From contig CAZWVL010000002.1 of the NCBI GenBank assembly GCA_964637115.1, positions 1 through 64,000 of the forward strand: 64,000 bases of DNA, written 5' to 3'. The translations under genes were made by a program, and so were the position numbers. Of this stretch, positions 48,468 to 57,730 are shown piece by piece. The number at the start of each line of letters is the position of its first letter. The stretch's first letter is position 1. The notes beneath the pieces are model-generated. The model was given only the letters and a program-made list of their open reading frames with translations, was not told the DNA's origin and ran no database searches. This DNA is from an uncultured Methanosarcinales archaeon (GTDB lineage: Archaea; Nanobdellota; Nanobdellia; Woesearchaeales; ARS49).

Positions 48468-49638
48468 CCTCGAGCAAGAAGTAAAGGACATTTCTCAAGG
48501 CGAAAGCGCTGAAGGCAAACTGCACAAGCAATACACTGAAGACAAACTGATGAATTCCGTATTAGCCGGCGACAAGAAAACAGTAGACCACGCCGAGATG
48601 ATACAAGAAGCGACAAATAGAGGAATCGGAGCTTTTACTCCAGACATGCTATTCGCCAGCATGTCGAAAAATTTCTCAATCGCAAAACAAATATTTGGAG
48701 ATAAATTGCTGAGGCTTCTTACAGGCTACGATCCCAATTACATAGAAAAAAACCTGAAAATTCCCGAGTTCAGGAAAGAGTTACAGAAAGCACTCTACGA
48801 AAATATTGGTCAGATGAAAGACGACAACTTACTGGATTCAGAAGGAATAATAACAGATAAAGGCGCAGAACTTGGCGCTCTTGTGTTAGTGAAAGAATTA
48901 GACAAGTTCATCGCCAAAGACAAAATGGGAGAAAAAGTCAACAAACGAGCAAGGCATTATGGGGAGAAAGCAGGCAACAGAAATTATCGAAAAGGAGACA
49001 GGTACAAGGATATCAATATCAAACGTTCTGTACATATGGCAATCAGAAGAGCGCACAAGAGTTTGATGGCGCAAGACTTGATTACTTCGGAAAGAGAGGG
49101 TAGGGGAAAAGTTTCAATTATCTTTGCACTTGATGCTTCCGCAAGCATGAAAGGCAAAAAGTTGGAAATGTCTAAGAAAGCAGGAATTGCACTTGCCTAC
49201 AACGCAATACAAGACAAAGATGATGTTGGTTTGGTAGTGTTTGGCAGCGAGATTAAAAGCGCCATACCACCAACACGCAACTTTTCAACACTTTTAAATG
49301 AGATTTCACACATCAAAGCTAGCAAACAGACAGACTTTGCAGCCATGATAGCAAAAAGCGTAGAACTATTCCCGCCGACTGGTGAGACAAAACATTTGAT
49401 ACTTTTAACTGATGCTTTGCCGACTGTAGGCAAGGACCCAGAGAAGGAAACTTTAAGGGCGGTAAGCACTGCACGCAGTGCAGGCATTACAATCTCACTT
49501 GTTGGAATTCAACTGGACAAAGAAGGCATTGAATTGGCAAAACAGATTACCAAGATAGGCGAAGGAAGGCTAAGCCTGGCAAAAGACCTTGCTAATGTAG
49601 GAAGCATTGTGCTGGAAGATTATTATGCGGTACGGTAG
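48457..49638 (+). CDS. von Willebrand factor A (VWA) domain protein (ChlD-like C-terminus)
   Basis: MIDAS DASASM..T..LTDA; probable GTG start overlapping the ATPase stop (start uncertain). Confidence 0.85.
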   Translation: MAFDLEQEVKDISQGESAEGKLHKQYTEDKLMNSVLAGDKKTVDHAEMIQEATNRGIGAFTPDMLFASMSKNFSIAKQIFGDKLLRLLTGYDPNYIEKNLKIPEFRKELQKALYENIGQMKDDNLLDSEGIITDKGAELGALVLVKELDKFIAKDKMGEKVNKRARHYGEKAGNRNYRKGDRYKDINIKRSVHMAIRRAHKSLMAQDLITSEREGRGKVSIIFALDASASMKGKKLEMSKKAGIALAYNAIQDKDDVGLVVFGSEIKSAIPPTRNFSTLLNEISHIKASKQTDFAAMIAKSVELFPPTGETKHLILLTDALPTVGKDPEKETLRAVSTARSAGITISLVGIQLDKEGIELAKQITKIGEGRLSLAKDLANVGSIVLEDYYAVR

Positions 49639-49691
49639 TCACTCAGTCGTCATCAATCATGTTTAAAAGTGAATGTTCTTTCATATAGTAT

Positions 49692-50552
49692 ATGGTCTTT
49701 GAACGTTTGTACTCAGCAGAATTCCTGCACGACCATCCTTGGTATGGGCTGTTGCTCGGAATTGGCTATACAGTTCTGGGATTGTTCATTGCCCTGATGA
49801 TATTTCCAAATGACCCGGCTGTTATTGCAGTAGGAATTACGGCATTGTTCTTGATACCATCACTGTCAGACCTTACGGACAGCGCGGAAATCACAAGCAG
49901 AAGAGTGCCCACGTTCAAAGCATATATTCAGGAAACACTGCCGCACGTCAAAGTCTACATAGCAATCTTCTTTGGAATATTCTTCACGTTTGCATTCTTT
50001 TCCATTATTTTACCAAAACTAGCAGTCGGGCATTTGTTCAACATACAACTTGACATTGTCTCAGGCCAAGCAGCAGCTGGAATGGCAGGACGCTTCAGCT
50101 GGGCATTATGGTGGGACTTGTTCAGCTGGAACATGCAAGTACTCGGACTGTGCTTTTTACTGTCGCTAATAGCAGGAAACGGCGCAATACTATTCATTGC
50201 GTGGAACGCCAGCGTCTGGGGGACAGTATTCGGAACACTGGCAAAAACAGCAGGAGTTGTTTCAACAGCAAACCCCTTCATACTGTTTTTACTTGTAATT
50301 GTAAGCGTATTTCCGCACACATTCATGGAAGGACTCAGTTACATGCTCTCAACACTATCCGGCACAACGCTCTCAGACGGCATACTCAAAGAGAAGTTAT
50401 TATCAAATAAAATGGGTGTAATCTTCAAATACAACTTTTACCTGCTGCTAATTTCAATAGCCGTACTAGCAATTGGAATGATAATAGAAACGTATGTACT
50501 CGGCAACTTTGAAGTATACAGAACAATCATCAACATTGCCTTCCCCAGATAA
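49692..50552 (+). CDS. SpoIIM-like polytopic membrane protein
   Basis: Multiple TM helices, AWNASVWG and PHTFMEG. Confidence 0.65.
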   Translation: MVFERLYSAEFLHDHPWYGLLLGIGYTVLGLFIALMIFPNDPAVIAVGITALFLIPSLSDLTDSAEITSRRVPTFKAYIQETLPHVKVYIAIFFGIFFTFAFFSIILPKLAVGHLFNIQLDIVSGQAAAGMAGRFSWALWWDLFSWNMQVLGLCFLLSLIAGNGAILFIAWNASVWGTVFGTLAKTAGVVSTANPFILFLLVIVSVFPHTFMEGLSYMLSTLSGTTLSDGILKEKLLSNKMGVIFKYNFYLLLISIAVLAIGMIIETYVLGNFEVYRTIINIAFPR

Positions 50553-50578
50553 GAATATAAAGAGCAAATTTTTCTATC

Positions 50579-51196
50579 ATGAGCATGAAAATCCTGGCAT
50601 TTACTGATTTACACGCAGGCGTTACTGCATATAAAAAAATACAGGCACTCTTAAAGAAGGAAAAACCAGATTACATTTTCTGCCTTGGAGACTTCACAAT
50701 CTTCGAGCAAAACATAGAAGCAGTAATTAGAAAAGTAGCAGAGCTGAAAAAACCAGTTTACATAATACACGGCAACCACGAGACAGACGTAATAGTCAAA
50801 AAACTCTGCAAGAAATATCCGAACATGCACTTTGTGCACAGAACTCTGACAAAACTTGGCGATTATACTTTAGTAGCGCACGGAGGAGGAGGTTTTTACG
50901 GCCAAGGCAGACTGGCAGGAGACAAAGACTTTGACAGGTTTGTAAAAGAAAATAAAGCAAAACTAAAAGACAAATTAATACTCATTACTCACGCGCCTCC
51001 TGCACATACAAAACTTGACTATCTTGAATGGATGGACGACTACGCAGGATGTTCAAGCTATGCTGCATTCATAAAACAATACAAGCCAGTCCTAGCACTA
51101 TCGGGGCATTTGCACGAAAACTTTAGAGTCAAGTACAAAGCTGGCAAGACTCTGATTTGCAATCCAGGACCAGAAGGCATGGTGTTCAAAATATGA
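50579..51196 (+). CDS. Calcineurin-like metallophosphoesterase
   Basis: FTDLH, LGDF, GNHE, THAPP, GHLHE and NPG. Confidence 0.88.
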   Translation: MSMKILAFTDLHAGVTAYKKIQALLKKEKPDYIFCLGDFTIFEQNIEAVIRKVAELKKPVYIIHGNHETDVIVKKLCKKYPNMHFVHRTLTKLGDYTLVAHGGGGFYGQGRLAGDKDFDRFVKENKAKLKDKLILITHAPPAHTKLDYLEWMDDYAGCSSYAAFIKQYKPVLALSGHLHENFRVKYKAGKTLICNPGPEGMVFKI

Positions 51197-52503
51197 GCAA
51201 CAAGCGCGTATTTCTGACACAAAGCGCTCTCTGGGCAGCATATGACGGTTTAACATCGGCTTATCTGGCAGCATTTGCGCTTGCTTTAGGCGCTTCAAAC
51301 GAAGTAATCGGCTTTTTAGGAGCGTTGCCATTTCTGGCAGCAATACTCACCCAAATCCCGGGCTCAGAATTATCACAACACTTCAGCAGAAAAAAAGTAT
51401 ACGTGCTGTTTTCCTTTATTGGCAGGTTATTCTGGATACCGCTATTGGCAGCACCATTCTTTTTTGAAAAACCGATATTATTCATCATCATATTCTATCT
51501 TATCATCAAACTAGGCGAGATGATAACAGACCCAGCTTATACTTCCTTGATGGCAGACGTCGTTCCACGTGACACATTTGGCGACTTTACAAGTAAAAGA
51601 TACAGGCTAATTGCTGTCTTTGGCACCATAACACTTGTACTGGGCGGATTATTGCTAAAACAATTCCCAAAAGAAAGCCCGGTAGGATTTGCGGTCATGT
51701 TTGGATTTGGCACATTATTATCAATTCTTGCAACAACCATAATGCTGCGCGTAAAAGAGCCATTGTACAAAGACCACGACCACCACGCAATCAAAGAATT
51801 TCTCACACTTGACGGGCCAATCAGACATTTAGTATTTTTTGGAGTAGCATTCAACTTTGCCTTCATGCTCGCATCACCATTCTTTACAGTATACATGCTT
51901 AAAACCCTTGAAGTCAGCTACATGTTCTTTGGAATTGCAACAGCAATAGCAACACTGGCGCAAATCGTATCCTCACATTATGTTGGCAAGTTAACAGACA
52001 AGTATGGAGACAAACCGATTGCAATCTTAGGTCATCTGGGAACTGTCATAATCCCGCTTTTGTTCCTTTTTGTGACGAAACAATCACTCTGGCTTATAGT
52101 ACCCGTGCAAATACTCAGCGGACTCGTATGGAGCGCAGCAGACATATCACGATTTAATTTATTGCTGGCACTAGCAGATTCCAAGAAAAGAGCAATGCAA
52201 GTGGCAGAGTATAATTTGTACTGCGCAATACCTTTGATTATTGCGCCAATACTAGGCGGCTGGATAACAGAAAACGTCACTTTGATTTTGACAGGCATTC
52301 CACTAGTATTTGTCATGAGCAGCATGCTCAGATTTTTGAGCACGCTTTTGCTTTTCAGAATTCAAGAACCAAGAGCAAAACACGAATATCCTTTGGTATT
52401 CGTATTCAGAGAAGCAATGCACTTCCACCCAGGCAGAGGAATAGTCCACGGAATACATGTTGTGAAGAGAGTGGCGGCTGGATTAGGGTTGGTGAATAAG
52501 TAA
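51193..52503 (+). CDS. MFS transporter
   Basis: About 12 TM helices and GKLTDKYGDK; ATGA overlap at 51193. Confidence 0.85.
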   Translation: MSNKRVFLTQSALWAAYDGLTSAYLAAFALALGASNEVIGFLGALPFLAAILTQIPGSELSQHFSRKKVYVLFSFIGRLFWIPLLAAPFFFEKPILFIIIFYLIIKLGEMITDPAYTSLMADVVPRDTFGDFTSKRYRLIAVFGTITLVLGGLLLKQFPKESPVGFAVMFGFGTLLSILATTIMLRVKEPLYKDHDHHAIKEFLTLDGPIRHLVFFGVAFNFAFMLASPFFTVYMLKTLEVSYMFFGIATAIATLAQIVSSHYVGKLTDKYGDKPIAILGHLGTVIIPLLFLFVTKQSLWLIVPVQILSGLVWSAADISRFNLLLALADSKKRAMQVAEYNLYCAIPLIIAPILGGWITENVTLILTGIPLVFVMSSMLRFLSTLLLFRIQEPRAKHEYPLVFVFREAMHFHPGRGIVHGIHVVKRVAAGLGLVNK

Positions 52504-52526
52504 ATTGTATGAAAAGGTAGAGGTTC

Positions 52527-53012
52527 TTAATCGATTTGGCGGATGGTGTCTCCGATTTTTACTTGTCCTTCTTGTAAGACGCGCGCGTACCATCCTCTAC
52601 GGCCCAGGAGCGTTTTGATGAACGGTGCTTTCTTTTCTTCACCTACGTACGGAAGATGTTTGAGATTGCTGCACGGCTTGCATATTTTTGCGATTTGTAC
52701 AACTGCGTTTCCCACTTGGTAGTGCTGACCTAGTGCAAAGTGTGCGTATGGTATTCCCTGCGTGGTAAAATTCTCCCCGATATCACCTGCTTTTAAAGGC
52801 CAACCTTCATTATTTAACTGAACAATTGTTTCAAGAGGAAACAATAATACCGCCATGTCTGGATCATCATGGCATTTTTCATGACGATAATGGTTAAAAT
52901 CTCCAGCAGGACCACGGGATGTCACCTGCATCATCCCAACTGGTTGCTTCGGCAAACCATGCTCGCCCGATATTTCCGGCTTAATGTTAATTTGATAAAT
53001 AATGCCTTCCAT
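52527..53012 (-). CDS. MOSC-domain protein
   Basis: GENFTTQG, CKPC and GWYARVLQEGQVKIGD. Confidence 0.8.
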   Translation of the reverse strand: MEGIIYQINIKPEISGEHGLPKQPVGMMQVTSRGPAGDFNHYRHEKCHDDPDMAVLLFPLETIVQLNNEGWPLKAGDIGENFTTQGIPYAHFALGQHYQVGNAVVQIAKICKPCSNLKHLPYVGEEKKAPFIKTLLGRRGWYARVLQEGQVKIGDTIRQID

Positions 53013-53130
53013 GCTCTTTTGAATAACTACACGTTCTTAAAAACCTTCACCTTTTTAGATGGTCTCTATGAATATTAGAATGACCGCTCATTCCAATATC
53101 TATTTATAGCACTGTTATTTTTGCACATGA

Positions 53131-53532
53131 ATGAAATTCACCAAAAACTTATACATTATCGGCTTTCTGATGCTTCTCATCGCATGCCAACCAAGCACAC
53201 CTGAAATAAAAGAAAAAGGCACCCTGGAAGGCACGATACATATAGGCCCCATTTGTCCAGTTGAACGAATACCTCCTGATCCTCAATGCAAGCCAAGCCC
53301 AGAAACATTTGCAGCTTGGCCGATTTCAATTTACACGCCGGATAATAAAAAAACGGCAACAGTTGTATCGGACGCTGATGGACATTTTGTGCTGCAGTTG
53401 CCTGCAGGCACGTACATAATTGACCTTGAGAAACACCAGCCAATTGGAGGCAATAATCTGCCGGCAACTATTGAGATTTCTTCAGGCAGGACAACGACGT
53501 TTGATGTAGATATTGACACAGGAATCAGGTAA
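53131..53532 (+). CDS. Lipoprotein with a carboxypeptidase-regulatory-like (Ig) domain
   Basis: Lipobox LIAC, GPICPVE..C and SDADGHFVLQLPAGTY. Confidence 0.7.
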   Translation: MKFTKNLYIIGFLMLLIACQPSTPEIKEKGTLEGTIHIGPICPVERIPPDPQCKPSPETFAAWPISIYTPDNKKTATVVSDADGHFVLQLPAGTYIIDLEKHQPIGGNNLPATIEISSGRTTTFDVDIDTGIR

Positions 53533-53536
53533 AGTT

Positions 53537-54028
53537 ATGGATCTCCACGAAACACTTGCAAAATTAACAAGAACTGCAGTATTCAAAGACTGGCACAAGA
53601 ACAATTCCAAATATTTTCTCGCGCACGCGTTTGTAATGCTGGATGAGGCAAACAAAGGAATCTGGCAGGTAGGATTTTACAACTTGGAAAAGGAGAGAAT
53701 GATTACTTTTATTATTTCAGACAAAGGAGTCCAGCATACAGAAGAGCAGGAAGTGCTGAGGACAGAAGCAGAAATCTTTCCGTTGAAGCCGGAAGAAGTA
53801 ACACATTCTGTTGAAGACGCCCTGAAGACAGCAAAACAATGCCTCCAAGAGAATTATCGAGGAGAAATGCCGGTGAAGGAATTCTTCATAATACAGCATG
53901 CAGAAGGACACGCGATGTTCAACATTACATACTTCACGCAAAGTTTGAAGACGATAAACATCAAGATAGATGCAAAGACAGGAAAAATATTCAAACACAC
54001 AATGCAAAGTCTGGCTGAGTTTACATAA
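53537..54028 (+). CDS. Hypothetical protein (PepSY-like C-terminus)
   Basis: Ends INIKIDAKTGKI; start set to ATG 53537. Confidence 0.6.
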   Translation: MDLHETLAKLTRTAVFKDWHKNNSKYFLAHAFVMLDEANKGIWQVGFYNLEKERMITFIISDKGVQHTEEQEVLRTEAEIFPLKPEEVTHSVEDALKTAKQCLQENYRGEMPVKEFFIIQHAEGHAMFNITYFTQSLKTINIKIDAKTGKIFKHTMQSLAEFT

Positions 54029-54211
54029 TTATTTTCCTGCCAGTGTTGTCACTCTATATTGTGTGGAATATATTTCCTTTTACAACACTCTTTAAATATC
54101 TGTTTTCCTAATTTTTTTTCGGACGACGACAAAATTTTTTGTAAAAAGAGGCAGCGACGAAACTTGTTTCGTCGGGTCTATTTTTTGCAGGCAAAAAAGA
54201 GGTGTATTAGT

Positions 54212-54313
54212 ATGGCAGTAGCAGTGAATTACAAAGAAAAACTAAAAAATAAAGACCTCGACTCTTTCTTCCGCAATGCAGATGATCAAAACGCAGAAGA
54301 AGCAACGAGTTGA
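54212..54313 (+). CDS. Putative 33-aa small protein
   Basis: GAGGTG SD 7 nt upstream; MAVAVNYKEKLKNKDLDSFFRNADDQNAEEATS*. Confidence 0.4.
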   Translation: MAVAVNYKEKLKNKDLDSFFRNADDQNAEEATS

Positions 54314-54497
54314 TTTTTTATTATAAAGAAAAATTTCCCCTTGCGGGGAATCACCTCTTTTCTCCAGGATGATTATGCAATAAGCAGGTGCTTTAAATTC
54401 ATTTATGGTAAGATTTGTAATGTTTCCAATGTGGCTGCTGCAATTATGCTACTGCAGTTTACTAAATTTTAAATAGGACTTGGCAAATCTTCAGGAT

Positions 54498-55541
54498 ATG
54501 ATACTGGGGGTAACTGGACATTTGGCCGCAGGGAAAGACACGGTGGCCGAAATTCTAAAAGAAGAAAGATTCCACCAGATATCACTCTCAGATTTTATCC
54601 GCGAAGAAGCGAAAAAACGCAGAATAAAGGACACTCGCGAGAATCTCATTAATCTTGGCAATGAACTCAGGAAGAAACACGGCAGCGGAGTTCTTGCGCG
54701 CTGGGCACTGCAAAAAATCGAGTGGGACAAAAACTATGTCATTACGAGCGTCAGGAACCCAGTTGAAGTCGAGATTTTAAGGACAAAATCAAATTTCGCG
54801 CTTATTAACGTAACCGCGTCCCAAAAAGTTAGATGGGGCAGAATGCAGCAAAGACAAGTCACGGAAAAGCGAAATGATGACCTGAACACGCTTGAAGAAT
54901 TCAAAAAATGGGAAGAACAGGAATCGACAAGCACCGACCCGACAAAACAACAAGTCGCAACAGTAATGGCGATGGCTGACCTTGTAATTACGAACGACGG
55001 AACTCGTGAAGAGCTAAAAAAGAAAGTTGCCAAAATCCTAAAAGAATTGAAACGCAAGCTCGGCGATGAGAGGCCGAGCTGGGACAATTATTTTCTTAAT
55101 TTAGCATTAGAAGTAGGCAAGCGTGCAACCTGCGACAGAGGAAAAAGTGGGTGTGTAATCGTAAAAGACAAACGCCTAATATCAACCGGCTACGTCGGAG
55201 CTCCAGTCGGACTCCCACACTGCGATGAAGCGGGACATTTAATGCACACAGTGCAAAACCCTGACGGAACAACATCGCAGCACTGCATAAGAACAACGCA
55301 CGCTGAAACAAACGCGATAGCGCAAGCAGCACGCCATGGCATTTCAGTAAATGGCGCAACACTTTATTGCAAAATGGAACCCTGCTATAAATGTGCGCAG
55401 ATGATAGTAAATTCTGGCATAATCAAAGTTGTCTGCATGAAACGATACCACGGCGCTGCGTATACACGAGAGATATTTAAGGAAGCAGGCGTCAAACTGG
55501 AAGTCGTGCAGGATGAACTCGAAAAATACGCCAAAATGTGA
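54498..55541 (+). CDS. P-loop nucleotide kinase (dephospho-CoA/NMP-kinase-like) fused to dCMP deaminase
   Basis: N-terminal GVTGHLAAGKD; C-terminal RPSWDNYF, HAETNAI and EPCYKC (Zn site). Confidence 0.85.
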   Translation: MILGVTGHLAAGKDTVAEILKEERFHQISLSDFIREEAKKRRIKDTRENLINLGNELRKKHGSGVLARWALQKIEWDKNYVITSVRNPVEVEILRTKSNFALINVTASQKVRWGRMQQRQVTEKRNDDLNTLEEFKKWEEQESTSTDPTKQQVATVMAMADLVITNDGTREELKKKVAKILKELKRKLGDERPSWDNYFLNLALEVGKRATCDRGKSGCVIVKDKRLISTGYVGAPVGLPHCDEAGHLMHTVQNPDGTTSQHCIRTTHAETNAIAQAARHGISVNGATLYCKMEPCYKCAQMIVNSGIIKVVCMKRYHGAAYTREIFKEAGVKLEVVQDELEKYAKM

Positions 55542-55553
55542 TTATTCATTCTC

Positions 55554-56291
55554 ATGAATCTCGAAGACTATTGTACATTACTGAACGACGCACTTGCGCG
55601 CAACGAAACAGTTGTTTTCTCCTGCACTTGCACCATACGCTATTCAGGCAGGGCAGAAAGCTATCTGGGCAAAGGAGACAGAATAGTCATGATAAAATCA
55701 GACGGCGCGTTATTAGTACATCAGCCGACCGGCAATGCGCCAATCAACTACATGAAACCGCAAAGCACGCACAGCCTGAAACTTGAAAACGGCGCATTAG
55801 TGCTCAAAAGCCAAAATCTAGCACAGAAAGAAAAAATTGACATTACGATAGACAAAATACACTTCTTTAACAGTCACAAACTCGAAGATGGACAAGTAAT
55901 AAGCATAGCGGGAACAGAAGAAGACATGAGCGACATGATATACAAAAATCCAGAGTTCATAGAAGAGGGATTCAAACCAGTTTCGCAGGAAGAACAAACA
56001 AAATACGGCTTCATTGATGTCATGGGCGTTGACAAGAATGGAGTATTAACAGTAGTTGAGTGCAAAAGGTATTGTGCTGAGCTTTCTGCAGTTACGCAAC
56101 TGCGCCGCTATGTTGAAAAAATAATGGTTAGCAAAGGAATAACAAGAGTAAGAGGAATTTTAGCAGCGCCAAAGATCACTGAGAATGCAGCAAGAATGCT
56201 GAACGACTGGGGATTTGAGTTTGTATCAGTCAAGCCGCCAAAATACCTGGAAGAATACGACAAAAAACAGTCAAGATTAGACGGTTTCTGA
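55554..56291 (+). CDS. nucS: Endonuclease NucS/EndoMS
   Basis: YSGRAES, LLVHQP...PINY and GFIDVMGVD..VVECK..QLRRY. Confidence 0.9.
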   Translation: MNLEDYCTLLNDALARNETVVFSCTCTIRYSGRAESYLGKGDRIVMIKSDGALLVHQPTGNAPINYMKPQSTHSLKLENGALVLKSQNLAQKEKIDITIDKIHFFNSHKLEDGQVISIAGTEEDMSDMIYKNPEFIEEGFKPVSQEEQTKYGFIDVMGVDKNGVLTVVECKRYCAELSAVTQLRRYVEKIMVSKGITRVRGILAAPKITENAARMLNDWGFEFVSVKPPKYLEEYDKKQSRLDGF

Positions 56292-56292
56292 T

Positions 56293-56805
56293 TCAACCGT
56301 AATACGGATAATTCGTGGAAGGCCCGTAAGCCTGATACGGATAATTGGTTACCTGCTGCGGAATCCTTGAACAGACGCCAACACCAGTTGTGCCGGTCTT
56401 TGTATAATCACACACAAGACCATAATTGCAGCCATATTGCCTGCTGTTGATAACACCGCACAACTGCCCATCAGCACTGCGCGGAATGTTTACAGTAGGA
56501 TATTCAGCTGGCTTGATTTCAAAGCGTTTTTCCTGAGAAGTGGGTCCAATAGGATAATTAACCTGAGGATAAGGCGTTGTTGAATACCAGCCATCATACA
56601 AATACGGATGATATACTCCTAAGCCGTATGGAAAATACATGCTCTGGCGCGGATAATTGTGATACACAGGATAATAAGTGTAATCAGGAGTTCCGTAATT
56701 ATACACGGCGCCATAACGGGTGTAACCCCACCTGCTTGCAGCGCCAGCAAAAACAGCAACCAACAATACAACAGCAACAACTGCCATTATAGTCTTTTTC
56801 ACCAT
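56293..56805 (-). CDS. Secreted Tyr/Pro-rich protein with a 4-Cys motif (paralog A)
   Basis: Signal peptide MVKKTIMAVVAVVLLVAVFAGA; 27 Tyr in 170 aa; LCG..GCNYGLVCDY..GVCSR. Confidence 0.75.
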   Translation of the reverse strand: MVKKTIMAVVAVVLLVAVFAGAASRWGYTRYGAVYNYGTPDYTYYPVYHNYPRQSMYFPYGLGVYHPYLYDGWYSTTPYPQVNYPIGPTSQEKRFEIKPAEYPTVNIPRSADGQLCGVINSRQYGCNYGLVCDYTKTGTTGVGVCSRIPQQVTNYPYQAYGPSTNYPYYG

Positions 56806-56858
56806 CTTTTTCAGATACAAGAAAACTTTTAGGCTTTAAAAATCTATGCCTTTAAAAA

Positions 56859-57320
56859 TTAAGCAGAACGTGAACAAATGCCGACGCTTGGCTGTGCAGT
56901 CCTGGAATAATCACAGAACAAGCCAAATTCACAGCTGTATTCACCCATTCCAACACTACCGCAAAGCATTCCTTCTCTTGCTCGCGGTGTAACTCCAACG
57001 TATGTTGGATATGTTTGCAACGGTTCTCCAAAACGATTAGGCTTCACTGTAGAATAATACGGATAAACATACGATGGCCGCTGATACGCCGGCTGGCTGT
57101 AAGCAGGATACACGTTAACATATTTTGGATAATTCAGATAAGGCGTATATCCTGGATAGGCTGTTTGAGTATAAGGATAAAATTTTGGATAAGATGTCTC
57201 AGGAGAATAAGTGTAAACATATCTAGAAGGCAGGTAACCACCATACCTGTAGGAAGCGCCAACAACAACGGCGACTAACAAAACAACTGCTACAATAGCC
57301 AAAACTGTCTTTTTCACCAT
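56859..57320 (-). CDS. Secreted Tyr/Pro-rich protein with a 4-Cys motif (paralog B)
   Basis: Signal peptide MVKKTVLAIVAVVLLVAVVVGA; 25 Tyr in 153 aa; LCG..SCEFGLFCDY..GICSR. Confidence 0.75.
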   Translation of the reverse strand: MVKKTVLAIVAVVLLVAVVVGASYRYGGYLPSRYVYTYSPETSYPKFYPYTQTAYPGYTPYLNYPKYVNVYPAYSQPAYQRPSYVYPYYSTVKPNRFGEPLQTYPTYVGVTPRAREGMLCGSVGMGEYSCEFGLFCDYSRTAQPSVGICSRSA

Positions 57321-57367
57321 CTTTTGAATGCTATAGAACTTTTGAGATTTAAAAATCTATGCATCAA

Positions 57368-57487
57368 GAACCGTAGAGGCGGTTCGCGAGAAAATGCCTT
57401 GCATTTTCTGCGCCCAGAAAAGCAAGGCTTTTCTTGGGCTTGGGCCTAGAAAATTGCCACACTCATCATGCTTTTGGCAATTTTCTA
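57368..57487. repeat. Array of four adjacent palindromes, three sharing AGAAAA(T)(T)GC arms
   Basis: Stems at 57368-57385, 57389-57409, 57412-57439 and 57447-57487. Confidence 0.75.
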
Positions 57488-57730
57488 TGCCTCAATGACA
57501 TATATGTTCTTTTTGCCCAATGCTTTGCTGACAGAAAATGCTGACTGACCGTTTACGATAACCTGGCGGTTGCTGTCAATAACTATATATCCAGCATCTA
57601 GAAAATGGCTTTTCAACAAGGGCAAAATAGTATCAACACCTTTTTCCAGCAATTTCATAGCAGTCCTGTAATGAACGCTTGCGAAATAAACACAATCATC
57701 CTTGATGATTACCAAATGAACGTATGACAT
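57485..57730 (-). CDS. Hypothetical protein (81 aa)
   Basis: Has its own TATA-like element; protein-like composition. Confidence 0.55.
   Translation of the reverse strand: MSYVHLVIIKDDCVYFASVHYRTAMKLLEKGVDTILPLLKSHFLDAGYIVIDSNRQVIVNGQSAFSVSKALGKKNIYVIEA

Noticed and set aside
47451-49638. Magnesium chelatase / chlorophyll synthesis
   Set aside because: Only I- and D-like domains are present, with no H subunit or other tetrapyrrole genes in the window.
49692-50552. Sporulation inferred from the SpoIIM-like gene
   Set aside because: The family is widespread in non-sporulating prokaryotes and no other spo genes are present.
52538-52553. GGCGGATGGTGTCTCC resembles the fluoride riboswitch 5' core
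   Set aside because: It is the antisense of the MOSC gene's last codons (GDTIRQ), lacks the rest of the fold, and has no downstream fluoride gene.
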